From Callorhinchus milii (Eukaryota), in NCBI RefSeq assembly GCF_018977255.1, contig NW_024704743.1:30010001-30070000 (forward strand): a stretch of DNA of 60,000 nucleotides, in the 5' to 3' direction. The notes beneath the pieces are model-generated. The model searched no databases and was not told where the DNA came from. It worked only from the letters and a program-made list of their open reading frames with translations. The position numbers were made by a program, and so were the translations under genes. This document shows, piece after piece, positions 36,361 to 48,945 of this stretch (the first letter of the stretch is position 1; every line of letters starts with the position of its first letter).

Positions 36361-37274
36361 TAGCATTCCTCACCTTAATAAAGATTGAGATTAGAATCTG
36401 ATTTAGGAAGAAAATATCCATTGCTGTTGACATTATTTTGCAGGTGATTTCCTGACTCCCATCACATGGAGCACATACCAGTGAGGGCATTTCCATTTGG
36501 AGTTAATTGTCCTGAGTTGAATTTGAATGGTATTCAGCCAAACGATGCTTCATATCCAAATACTGTGATCGCATAAATCTTAGTACATTTAATGTGGAGA
36601 TGAGTTGATGTCAGGCAGTGAATTTAAGGCAGTAATTTAATCTCATGGTTGTGTTCAGGTTCATGATGGGAGTAGATTGCACCATTGCTGCAATTTACTG
36701 CCACTCATCTATTCTCGTACATGTATTTGTGAAGTCGGCCCACTAGGTTAATGGCTAAGTACAGCTGATAACAGTTAGCTGTTAATGCATTCAGTGAGCT
36801 AAATCTTGTCCACTGATTGTAATAGTACATAAAATTAGATTGTTTTTTGAACTGATTCAGGTGATCAATTGCTCTTCACGCATTGAATTAAAAAAAACTG
36901 TAAAATATACATTTATGAAACTGTATTTACCTAGCTAGATCTTAATACTCCCAGAATACATTCCTGAGCATTGTGCGGGTCATGCTGATATCTGCTTAAA
37001 CGCTTATTTTACTGAATTAAGATCACTTTTCACTGTTTTGATTTTCACTATGTTGGAATTGATGGGTCACCTTCTGAAAAAAATTCACATGGTAATTAGG
37101 ACATACATATTAAGGGCGTGCGGTATGCAAAAATATCCCTCAGCCTTATTGAAGCATCTCTTTCCAACAGCATATAATATTCATGGTAATATTCATAGAC
37201 TTTTGCTTATTGATTAGCCTCCTGTGGGGGGTTCACAAACCACAGGTAAAAGTTCACAGAAAATGAAACTCTAT

Positions 37275-37501
37275 GGGGTCTAATTTGCGGTATTTCTTAA
37301 TGGGTTTCCTTAATAATAGTAGGTTTCCTGTTAGAATTTCCGTTGGCTCATAGGAACTCTGCTCCAGAAATAGATGGATATCAATACAGAGTTCCCATGG
37401 GTCGGCACAACGTACTTCCATTTACCGGAAGGAGTATCCATTTGTGCTACTTGGATTCCTTATTAAGGAATCCCATTAAGAAATACTGCAAATTAGACCT
37501 C
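37275..37501. mobile_element. MITE (non-autonomous DNA transposon) with about 42-bp TIRs and a probable 3-bp TAT TSD
   Basis: ggggtctaatttgcggtatttcttaatgggtttccttaataa versus reverse complement of right end gaggtctaatttgcagtatttcttaatgggattccttaataa; tat flanks both ends. Confidence 0.8.
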
Positions 37502-37734
37502 TATATTTTATTGAAAACGTCAGGGTAAATCAAGCCTAAGTGTCTGTTATACAGTACAGATTATTCTACCCTGATCAAATGGATTCTATAATCCTAACAA
37601 TCCTGGAAATATGTCAAACATTAGAGTTACTTTGGTCACCTATTTGTTTCGGTGCCATTTTTTCATGTGTTACCTATAAGAATAGGCACCTAAAACCATT
37701 TTTCAAACAAAGCTAAGACATTTTAAAAAAGCAT

Positions 37735-38382
37735 GTTAAAAAAGCATACGGGATACTAGGTTTTATAAATAGGGGCATAGAATTCAAAAGTCAGGAGGTT
37801 ATGTTGAATATTTATAAAATGCTGGCTAGGCCTCAGTTGGAGTACTGCGTTTAGTTCTGGGCACCGCACTTTAGGAAAGGTGTTAGGGCATTGGAGAGGG
37901 TGCAAAGGAGGTTTACCAGGATGGTACCAGGAATGAAGGACCTTAGTTATGAGGAGAGGTTAGCGAAACTAGGATTATTCTCCCTAGAGCAGAGACGATT
38001 AAGAGGGGATTTAATAGAGGTTTTCAAGATCATGAGAGGAATTGATAGGTTGAACCGGGAAAAACTGTTTCCACTGGCATGTGAAGCAGTAACCCGAGGA
38101 TGCCAATTTAAGATAGTTGTTAAGAGAAACGGAGGGATGGTTAGGGAATTTTTTTTCGCTCAGCAAGTTGTTCGGATCTGGACTGCATTACCTGAAAGGG
38201 TAGTGGAAGACGATTCAATAACAACTTTTAAGAGAGAAGTAGATGGATATTTGGGGAGGACAGGATTGCAGGGCTATGGAGAGAAAGCGGGCCAGTGGGA
38301 TTGAGTTGGATTGCTCTTTTAGGAGCTGGCGCAGACGCGATGGGTCGAATAGCCTCTTTCTGTGCTGTATGATTCTATGATT
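37735..38382 (+). mobile_element. CR1 LINE 3' end
   Basis: ORF 37891..38304 (ERVQRRFTRMVPGMKDLSYEERL...RLRGDLIEVFKIM) and an (ATTCTATG)n tail. Confidence 0.93.
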
Positions 38383-38552
38383 TTAAACTCTTAATGTGAA
38401 ATCTTACTGCGACACAGGTTATTATTAGAATTGGATGCAGAAGGCTAGTGATGAGATAAAAGGTGACTTTTTTTAAATTTGGATCTGCTCGACACACAAA
38501 CACACCATTGGTTTTACAAGAGTTGGGTGTGAAGATGATGTTGTTTGGGGAG

Positions 38553-38633
38553 AATAATTACCATCATTTGATCATCACAAATAATTACCAACATTTGATC
38601 ATCACAAATAATTACCAACATTTGATCATCACA
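38553..38633 (+). repeat. Minisatellite, 3 x 27 bp (aataattaccaWcatttgatcatcaca)
   Basis: Three direct copies differing by one base. Confidence 0.95.
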
Positions 38634-41600
38634 CAAAGATATGTTTATTCCTTTTTCTGTATTGTTTGTGCTTTACTACTTGTGCACATGTTGTGGATTC
38701 CTGAGGTAGTTTGGTTCGATCTGGAGATTTTCTAGGTTTATCCAGGTATTAAACAATTTCTTGAATCTTCATAATGTTATCTACTGAATTGATAGCAATT
38801 ATATTTGATAAAGGCCCTTTAAGACTTCATATGTCATATAAAGCAAAGGCAAACAAACATCTTGGGTGAATTATTATTAATAATAATCCTTACATTTGAT
38901 ATAGCCCCTTTCATGTCAGGTGGGCATCTCAAAGCACTTCACAGGATTTTATAGTGACTGTGTACCTTGTGGGTAAATACAGCAGATAATTTGTGCAGAA
39001 GAAAGGGCAGGTAAATGGGTCTGAAAGTATTGTTCTTTAAAGAGCCAACACATACACGATGGGCTGAATGACCTTCTTCTGTGCTGTCTCATAGTCTATG
39101 TTTGCAAAATATACTGTGTTCCCTTGGTTTGATTTTTTTCTTATACTCGGCCATGTTATTTTGTTAAAATATCGTTAATTTTTTTCACTAACTGTATTTA
39201 TCTCTAATTCCAATAGTTTATTCCTTGCAATGAAGCAAGCCTTTAAGCTGTTTCCTCAGTTCCTCCTTATCCTCATTTAAACCCTTTATTGCTTGAACTC
39301 CTCTCTGCACTGAACAACATTATTTCCTTATCTCTTTACTGCACAGCAGCACCCGACTAGTCCTAAATCTTTACAGTACTGATGGGCGGGGATCAGCATC
39401 CAAGACTTAGAAGGATGCTGATCAGCTAATGCAATGAAAGCTGCTTGCTGTCTGATTCTCCCTTCAGTGCTACCTCAGCTGAGTGTCTCTTTTGTGACAT
39501 TGAAACCCAATATGTTGGCCCTCCAGGCTGTTGCTGAGAGGTAAAAAAACAAAATTTCAAAGCAGGTATGAGCAATATTTAACAATTTTTTCTCACTTCC
39601 CTCCCCCCACCTCACCCCTCCCCCTCACCCCGCCCCCTTGGTGGGAGGGGTACTTTAAGATGAAACTAGTCTTCCTCATGGTGATTGCCTTTCAATATGG
39701 TTGTACTGTACTGAGCTGTACACTGTGGGGTGGTGTAGAAATAGTAAATCTACGTAAATGCTGCAGCAAGTACTCGAGTGTTAATGCAGGTTAAGCCATG
39801 GATATGGATGTTATTTAACAGCACTGCAAGACAGTTGTTTAAATCAGACTGGTTAAAATAGTACATAGATTCATTATGCACTAATTTTGATTTAATGTTT
39901 TACAAACATCAAAAGGAGGATTGGTTCTCAAAGGAGTGCTTTTGCCCCTTGTGAAGTACAATTTTTTTTGTCATTAATTTTTCTTTTTACAACATTTTTC
40001 GTTAGACTTTTGCATTAAGGTCACAAGTGAATTCTGTTCTCCTGCAGGTTTAAATACTGCAAAGCATACCATCACTTGTGCCCACCTGGAAAAAAACATA
40101 CTGGCCGGGCTAGTGCTGGAAGAATTTATATACATTTTGTAAATTCTGGCACAAAATAAATGTTTTAGTAGTGCAAGTCCTTTCAGAACCACATGTCCTG
40201 TATCTCATCGGGTGTATAGGACGTTGCAGTGCATAGACCCATGTAATGCAGTTATAAATTTGCATGAATTAACTGACACATTGGATGGATGCTGAACTTG
40301 CCAAGGTAAGTGCAAATAAGCATACAACTGTCAAAAGTGATTTTTCTTGATGATTAATGGAGTGCAGGGATTTCAGTTGATAATATAAGCATCTCCTAGT
40401 TTTTGCAGGAATATTTAATGCAATGTCCTTTGACCCCTCTCTTATATGAATTCACTCTTTAAAACCTATTTTTGCATTTCTGACCCCAAAATAAACAACC
40501 AGGTCAATATGTGTGCACATAAAGCGTTGAAATCAATTTCCATTGTCACATATCTTCTACATGTCTGGCATTCATTGATCTATTGAACAAGGAGATGGTT
40601 CAAACAGTTATTATACCAGGAGTTTAATACCTATACTGTTGCTAAACAAACTGATTCCATAAAAGTTTCTTCCATATTACTTAATTGTGGTCACAGCGTT
40701 ATGAAATTGGATTGCCTGTTATAATTAATATCATAATGAATTAGTTAGCTTCTGATGCTAACGATGGAATGGGATGAAGTAATAAGCATCAGTTTCTTTC
40801 TGCTTCTGAATTCTGGTCCAGAGGTGATTTGAACTGGGAACGTTTAGCACTGGCTAATTATCGTACCTAGCTAATGCTGAATCCTCCCAGCTTGCTTGCA
40901 TAGTGATCATTACTCATAGGGAAAGATGTCAATTTTCATTGTTTTCCATTTTTGTTGGTTGTTCTGTTGCTCCAAAAGTCTCCACCGGGAGGGAAAACCT
41001 CCAATATCTTCTGTGAGCAAGATGTTATTTTAAAGCCTTGTATTCACATGGTCTAGACAGGAGGAAGTGGGTAAGAATTAAAAACCCTCCTGCTTTTTAC
41101 TTCAGGGTTTTTTGTTTTAACCAGTTCCCTGTTTACTTTCTCTGAAATTCATAATGGTCCTTCTGTGCCTATTTTTTCTACTTTCCTGTTTTTATGCAGA
41201 AAAGATATGGAAACTACATGCTTGTTACACGTTCCACATGTTTGTGCATATGCACACACAAACCCACAAACCTACACAGGTACACATTTTTTAGTACTTT
41301 GTTTTTAAATGATAAAAAAGTGACAAATATATGCAATACAGCTGTCTATTTTATTGTCACAATCATGAATGCTTAGTACTAAAGACGTACAGAATATTTT
41401 TATTGATATAGACTGGTGTCTCTCTTGGTACAAGATGACCCTAAATTCTTTATTTGTTAATATTATTTAGCAGAGTTGTACCAAGACTCAAGTCACTTTT
41501 AATTAAATATATGAAATGCCATGGACTGAATTGCATGAATTACAAAATTAATTAATTTTTTAAAGCACAATAGATAATCAAAAAGAGGTTGAATCCTAAT

Positions 41601-41877
41601 AAACATGTAAGTGGTTTGAGAAGATTAATGTTTCTGTTCAGATTAATGCTTGGATCAGAATTTCGACTCATTGCATGCAAATTGACGAATTTGAAATATC
41701 TGTACTCCAGTCCATTAAATATTAAATTCTACAACTCAATTAAGTAATAGTGGATGATAGCCTGTACTTGGGAATTCAAGACAGTTTGATTGATCTGAAG
41801 GATGAGACCCCGTGTACATTTCTTCAATCATCCGCTGTCTTCAATTCCTCAGTACGGTGCAGAACTGGTGGAGTTTA

Positions 41878-42020
41878 TTCATAGAAACTTACAGCACAGA
41901 AGGAGACCATTCGGCCTATCGTGCCTGTGCCTGCTCTTTGAAAGAGTTATCCAACCAGTCCCACTCCCCCGCCTTTACCCCATAGCCTTGCAATTTTTTC
42001 CTTTTCGAGTACCTCACCAA
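41878..42020 (-). mobile_element. CR1 3' UTR fragment
   Basis: Reverse complement encodes LQGYGVKAGEWD, followed by the 3' hairpin (same subfamily as 38270-38380). Confidence 0.8.
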
Positions 42021-42775
42021 TTGATCCAACCTTTCCAGTTTGAGAAAACGTTGATTGAATTTGTTGTCTTTTGTGCAGACTAATAGAAAATTCAGCACAT
42101 TGTGCTTCAGGAGGTGTGGTCATCTTTATGTTGAGTGGAAACCCTGTTTTCAGTGTATCATGTGTGCATTGTAAGATGTTGATAGGTACTACAGGATTTT
42201 CTAAACTTTGGGAAATTCATACCCAATGAATAGGAAAATGGCAAACAAAAGAACCCTGCCTGATCACACTGAACGTGAGGCTTTCTGTGTTACCCTAATT
42301 CAAGGAATTTGAATTCCCTGATTTTCAAACCTTGGGGTGAAAATGTGACATGTTGCTTTATTGCCCTTTATGTTCATCAATATCTGTGATGCTAATTATA
42401 TGCTAAAAATGATAAAGTGACCAGATAATAAAACATACACTGGCAGTTGGGTGTGAATCTCGTAATATTCTTTTTAATAGGTTAGATTCAGAATCCCTCA
42501 GTGCCACATGTTGGACTTTTGGTTTGTAGATTGTGGAATTGGCCTGGTGGTTAATGGGATATCATCTTAACTCTGTTTTAGTTCAGTTAACCTATGAGGT
42601 GTTGTAACTATGGCTGGCTTTGGAATATATGAAAACAGAAACAAGAGGAGGCCCTTTCAAGTCCGTTTCACCAGTTAATTAGATCTTGCCAGATCTTTCG
42701 ATCCCAATACCCTGTTCTTTTGCCATATCCTAAGATGGCTTCCAGTTCATATAGACCAATCGATGTCTAAATTAA

Positions 42776-43140
42776 TAATAATCTAATAATAATTGCTGCA
42801 TTTGATATAGTATCTTATCACGTCATCGAGACATCTCAAAGCACTTCACAGACTTTACTGTAAAATGAATTGAGACGTCTAGAAGATGTGAAAAGCGCTA
42901 CATCAAATGCAAGGATAATAATAATAATAATTTACTTTATATTTTGTGGACGAAACTCAGCAGCAAAATATTACACCCGGAAATGCGATCCACCAATCGA
43001 CTAACAATCATGTTCCTACTTACTGCTAGGTGAACAAAGGCATGTGGAGTAAGGAAACTTGCCCAACATTTCACCGTGCCCAGGAATTGAACCCAAGTCC
43101 TCTCGCTCCTGTAACTCTAAACACTAAAACTACAGGACTC
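42776..43140 (-). mobile_element. Long-form tRNA-SINE (-) containing an inverted SINE tail (about 42871-42931, +)
   Basis: Head at 43060-43140; the + strand tail tgagacgtctagaagatgtgaaaagcgc...(AAT)n sits inside the - strand tail. Confidence 0.82.
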
Positions 43141-43469
43141 AAAACTATCATTGGGTTGGATTTTTCAACTCATCAGCACCAACATAATTATTAAGTCCTT
43201 CAGATGCTATATAAGCACGATCTGGTATGTTGTGTGAGGTTAAAAAACGTGAATGACACAGGTAGATAGAGAAATCAGGGGAAGCAACTGAGTGAAAAGA
43301 GAAGCAAAGCTTTTTCAAGAGAAAAAGCACTTTAGCAAGAGAAGGAGAAAATCAAAACTAAGTGAGCAGAGAAACCTAGAGACTGAGGTATAAAGGAAAC
43401 TGAAGAGAAGCAAAAATAAGTTCTCCTGAATATCATTGATGATTTATTGGTATATTTACCTACAAGTGT

Positions 43470-43700
43470 CCTTGTACCTTCAATCATGGCGTTATCTGAT
43501 TCCAGTATAGTGCTGGAGATGCTGTCTTTTAGATGAGACATGAAACCGAGGTCTCACATCTGCCTGTTCAGGTGGATATTAAAAATGTTATGACACTATT
43601 CGAACAGAGAAGGGAAGGGAGTCTCTCCTGTTGTCTTTGCCAACAATTCTTCAACTAAAATTGGTCATTCACTTTGTGGCTGTTTGTTGTGCGCCAATTA
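43470..43700 (+). mobile_element. DeuSINE body fragment
   Basis: gatgctgtcttttagatgagacatgaaaccgagg...aggtggatattaaaaatg...gacactattcgaac Deu domain. Confidence 0.78.
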
Positions 43701-44070
43701 GGGGAATCTGTAGCTCAGTGGTTAGAGCACTCGCTTCGCAAGCGAGAGACCTGGGTTCTATTCCCGGGCTGGGCGAAATGTTGGGCAAGTTTCCTTACTC
43801 CACACGCCTCTGTTTACCTAGCAATAAGTAGGAACCCGGTTGTTAGTCAATTGGTAGATCGCTTTCCCAGAGATAATCATTGCTAACAAAAAACAATAAT
43901 AATTTGGCCACTTCAATCCACGACTGTTTGTGGGACACTGCTGTGCGCAATTGGCTGTCGCGTTTCGCCCACAGATATACAGTCAATTCATTTATACTAT
44001 ATTCTGTGAAGCGCTTTGAGATGTCTACAAGACATGAAAAGTGCTATATCAAATGCAAGGATTATTATTA
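43701..44070 (+). mobile_element. Long-form tRNA(Ala, CGC-like) SINE, full length
   Basis: Head with A/B boxes, middle segment cctctgtttacctagcaataagtaggaacccggttgttagtc, and the shared tail. Confidence 0.9.
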
Positions 44071-44258
44071 ATAAGATCGTGGGTCTGAATCTCATTCCAT
44101 GCTGAGTTTGCTGGTTTCAGGTGGAGTTGCATGGAAAGGCTAAATTAATTCTAGCCTTTCCAGGGTTAGGAAAGGGAAAAGCATCCAGGTTATCGTTCCT
44201 GTGTGTATGGCACCCAGGTGGGGAATTGTCAGTTTGGGATGTAATGCCCTCTACAGTC

Positions 44259-44425
44259 TACCGGTGGAAGCAGATTCAATAACACCTTTCAAAAGGGAAT
44301 TAGATTTGCAAGGATATGGTAAAGAGCGGGGGAGTGGGACTGATTGGGTAGCTCTTCTAAAGAGCCAGTACAGGCACGATGGGCCGAATGTTATCCTTCT
44401 GTGCCTGTAATATTCTATGATTCTA
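44259..44425 (+). mobile_element. Short CR1 3' end with a 7-bp TSD (tacagtc), inserted in an older SINE-like repeat (about 44075-44560)
   Basis: tacagtc at 44252-44258 and 44426-44432; VEADSITPFKRELD peptide and attctatgattcta tail. Confidence 0.85.
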
Positions 44426-47400
44426 TACAGTCGAGTGGTCTGCTGTCACTTACTGCCAAGGCTTACACATGAACTATGGCGACTTGAGCAGGTTATTGGA
44501 GGGTAACCAGCAATCAAAGAAATCCACCCCAGCATGAGGAGGTCAAGACCAAGAACAGAGAGGCATGTACTGGTGAGGACAACATAAGTAAAAAAAAATT
44601 GAACATTTTAAAAAAAGATAACTTTGAAAGGTTTGGCTGAATATAAATAGATATGTGTGTGTGGGCAAGGGGCTTTAAGAAAGCACTTTGCTGTTATTAA
44701 ATTAATTATTTTAAGAAATTTTGGCAATGAATCAATGCAGAATTTTTGATATCTTGAAAACATAAATAAGGCAAAATTGCACAATGCAGTGAGGAGAAAG
44801 GTTTGCTTGAGTTGGGTCTGTACATCGACGTGTTGGGGATGGATTAGTAATTTTGCGCACTGAGGCTGAAATATTAAGGCCTTAATACACTGTTACTGCA
44901 TTCTCAGTTTGGATTAAGGGAGGCAGGTATCTGCAGTTAAATCCTGCAAACCCGCTGGAATATTTTGAGATATAATACATGATTCACTGTGATTCTTAAT
45001 TGATTCAGCAGATTATTGTTTTTCTCCTGCACACCTACAAAGAATACTTACCGATTCAGGGGTAAGTCGGTTGAATTACTGACTTGCTCGTACTGCCCTC
45101 CTCTTCCCGCCCTCTTCACTCAGCTAATTTTTTTTACTATATATATTTATTTGTTGATATATACTTACGCTTATCTCAGACAGTATCAAACCCGTTACAG
45201 AAAAAAGAAGACCAACAGGTTAATAATGCAGGCCTGCAGCGCAACCCCTCCACGCCACCATCAGTGGCTGTGATTTCAGTCACAGCAGCTCTAATTTCTG
45301 GAACTTCCTGCCTCAAATCCTATGCCTCACGCCTTTTTTATCTTTAAAACCCACATGAAAACTTAACTCTTCAAATACACCTATGGTCACTTCCCCCTCC
45401 CTCTTCTTGCTCCACGTCCCTCCCCCTCACTGTACAGCTCTAGAACAGCCAAATCTACAGGGTGGAAAAAGGCCATTCAGTTCATCGAGTCTGCACCAGC
45501 TCACAGAGCAATCCCATCGCATCACCTTATCCCATGCGTCTCAAGCCCCTCTCTTTTATATGCCTGTGATTACTTTCCTCTCGAAAGCTATGATGTACTC
45601 TGCTTCCAGCCCCCTCCTCAGCAAGGTGTTCCACATCTCTCTTTGACACCTTGTCCCACATGAAGGGTGCTATATAAATGCAAGTTGCTGTTGAAGAACA
45701 ATCACTTTTAACACTGAAGGTTAATTTAGTGTTAGAAGTTCCTGCAGTGTTAGCATGACTTGAGACAGTTTTGCTATGCCACACAAGACCTGTGCTTATT
45801 CCACATGTTTTGTACAACTGTTGTGCAGCATTTTAGTGCTCTGCGTCCTTAAAGTAGAGTCAAATTGAAAGGATTTGTGTCTTATTCAGCTTGTTGAGCT
45901 GCTTGTATTAGCAGAAGCTCAGCTGAAACAGCGCTGATTGTGTACTGATTCGGTGCAAACTTCGCAGTGGCAGCCAGAAGCAAAGCAATGCCTCATCTGC
46001 TGAGCACAGCAGAAGATAATGAATTCCAGCCTCATAAAGAAACCCAGACAGATTTACTTAACTCGTACCCAAGCTGATATCAGTGAGGATTATGAGCTAC
46101 AGAAGATGACTACTGTCACGCCTGTTTATCTGACCACCGCATGAAAACGCTCCATTTCCTCCCCCCCCTCCCCCCCCACACACACATAAGCAGAAAAAAA
46201 GCATCTCATCAGTATTTATGAGAAATAAAGCAGGAAAGCTTTATTTCAGGTCTGGGCTGGACATCTGCAAGTCTCATTAACATTTACTGACCATTTTCTC
46301 TCCACTTTATTCACATGTGGGCATTTCAGCTGTGTGCCCTGAGCAAACTCATAACCAAGTGTATCAAATCTTTCACACAAAAAAAGGATTAGGACGCTGC
46401 TTGTGTTCTGTCTGGTTAAATCTGGAACTTAATCTTGTGTGTGGTTTTAAAAGACGACTCAATAAAATCACCTCCGAGTTTGCTACTCTGTGTTGTCGAG
46501 ATAATGGCCTTAAGAGATTTCAACTGTATTGGAGATGCATAGCGTAGAAATTGGCGTTGATGGATTTTCATACTGCTTTATGTGTAATTATTCCTGTTGG
46601 CTATGTTTATGTAATGCGACAATAATATTGAAATAACTCTTTTTAAAAGGCACGCAAGCTTAATCGTTTTTTTCAATGCTACTTTCTCTGATTTTTTTTT
46701 AAAACTTAGGAACTTTGCAGGCTGTTAAATTCGCTTATGTTAGCTCCCAGCTCTGGCAACTCATTAAAAGAAGGAAGAGGGAGGGGGGAGGGGGAAATGA
46801 GTCAGGGAGCTTCATACATCAGCAAAATAACCTGGTGGCTGCCTTTTTTTTTCTTGAAGCTGTCGGGGAAAGCACAATGTGTGCGAGATCCCTGACAGAA
46901 CCCATTTGTCACAGCTTGGGGGTTGGCTCGAAAGAGAGTCTGGGCTATTCGGTATGTAAGCAAATCCCAGAGGACCCCAATGGTAGCAGGCTGGTGCTGC
47001 TCTAACCTTGAGACTCTCTCAGGAGTAGAACAAGGGCAGCACTCGTAATTAGCCACTGGCTGCAGAGACCAATCGCACTGTGGATCTGCTGGAGGCCAGT
47101 TCTGCTTTGCTTCCCTGCTGCGTCATGGTAGCAATTTCGGGATTTAATAATGGATGCTGTCCCTGAGAAATTGCTTTTTTTTGCTCACATTTTATTACCA
47201 GAAAAGAAGATCTACTCCGTGTGAAAATGGGGAAGGTGTTGTTGTGTGCTGCTGTTTTTCTTATCGGAGAATCTCAATGCCTCGCAATTAATATTTCCCA
47301 CTGCAATATTACACGTTTCACACTGTCTGACGGCTTCCCCAACTGCTGCTTGAATGTGCCATGATTATGGATCACGCTCTGCAAATTAGTCTCGTATCAC

Positions 47401-47898
47401 AACAATGTTTTTGTACGTACAGCTGTAGTTTTGTCACCGCTCTGCAATGGAGCACTTCCCCACGTCCATACCAATGAACCTTAAGCCCAGAATGTGATGA
47501 TGTTGATGAAGTTCTTGATTAAGAGCTGCTCACCATCAGAGGGTCAGCTCTGATGGAAGTTTGGAAATAAAAGCTGATGTTTTTCATAATTGTAGCTCAA
47601 AGCAAGTACATGCGGGGAATAAAACCAGAGGCACTGATTAACAAATAAACCCCTGTTGTTTTTTCCTTACATTATTTATGCGGTTCTTTTAATTCCCATT
47701 GTATCCACGTAGTGGATAACAGGATTCAGTGTGTCTGTGTCTCTGTCTCATGCTAGGCTGCACTCTTTATTCCAAAAAAGGAAGGTTGTTCCTTCCTCAT
47801 AGAACCAATAAATCTAAACAAATAATGACTGTTGTGTTTGAACGCTGTTGCTTACCTCAATTTGGGTGTGTGTTTTGCATGATGTATGTTTCACAATA

Positions 47899-48172
47899 GG
47901 TGTCAGTCTGGTTCAATTAATAGCACTCTCGCCTCTAAAACTTAGGGTTATAGGTCCCCATGCCCAGACATTGAACTCACAGTCTAGGCTGACATTCCAA
48001 TGCAGTGCTGGGGATGTGTTGTCTTTCAGGGAAGATGTTAAACCAAGGCCCTGTCTGCCTGTTCAGGTGGACATTAAAGTCCTACAGCACTATTTGAAAA
48101 GAGATGGGAGTTTCGCCTGGTGTTTTGGTCAACAATCCCAATCCATCAGATACAATTGGTCATTCACTGGTT
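47899..48172 (+). mobile_element. DeuSINE 5' part
   Basis: ggtgtcagtctggttcaatt head; gatgttaaaccaaggccctgtctgcctgttcaggtggacattaaag Deu domain. Confidence 0.8.
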
Positions 48173-48632
48173 GAGGCCATGACATAGAATTACTTGGAAT
48201 AATAGTCCTTGCATTTGATATAGCATGTTTCCTGTCTTCTAGACCTCTCAAAGCGCTTCACAGAATATACAGTAAAGTGAATTGACTGTATATTTGTGGG
48301 TGAATGTTACAACACGGAAACAGGCCATTCAGCAGAACTGGTCCATGCCAGCGTTTATACTCCACGTGAACCTCCACCCCTCCTAATCCCCTGTCAAATA
48401 TACCTCTATTCCCTTCACCCTCATATACGCATATATCTAAATAGTTTTAAATATTGTGCAGGTTAAGCTTGTTACATTTCTTCTGTTGTCTCTGAGAAAA
48501 TATACAAATGTAATTCTGTTTTTTTAAAAAAATCATCGGCTGTTTTTTCTATGTACCTTTTGGCCCGTAAAAAATTTCAATTCCTTTCACTGAGGAAACC
48601 CAATAAAGCAGTTTCTGAAATGGACATTGATT

Positions 48633-48945
48633 CAACAACAATAACAACATGTATTTATATAGCGCCCCTCACGCAGGGTAGCGTCCCAGAGCGCTTGACA
48701 GTGGTGGAGCACGACTCTGAGCTGAGGGGAAGGGGAGGCGACTGTATAGGTTGAATAGGAAGGTCTTAAGGCACGACTTGAAACTGGGGAAAGAAGGGGC
48801 AAGGCGGAGGGATAGAGGAACAGTGTTCCAGAGTTTGGGGGCGTAGTGGCTGTAGGTGGGGCCACCAATGGTGGAACGGAGGGCACGACGGACATGCAGA
48901 AGGCCGGAGCCAGTCGAGTGGATGCAGCAGGTTGTGGGGCGTGGG
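48633..48945 (-). mobile_element. L2 LINE 3' end of another subfamily
   Basis: (TTG)n tail, hairpin gcgctctgggacgctaccctgcgtgaggggcgc, and PKLWN.LP-like coding remnant. Confidence 0.8.

Noticed and set aside
38553..38633. CRISPR-like repeat array
   Set aside because: The repeats are directly adjacent with no spacers, in a eukaryotic intron.
39391..39423. 11-bp perfect stem gatcagcatcc/ggatgctgatc
   Set aside because: Too short and isolated to assign a function.
39540..39580. ttcaaagcaggt (FKAG) as the next DCDC2 exon (exon 8 equivalent)
   Set aside because: No suitable acceptor, and a stop follows within a few codons. I found no EVQED/EVPVDQ-like exon in the window.
47525..47565. ccatcagag...ctctgatgg palindrome as another hammerhead/Penelope junction
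   Set aside because: Only a 9-bp stem, with no CTGANGA plus stem II plus GAAA arrangement.
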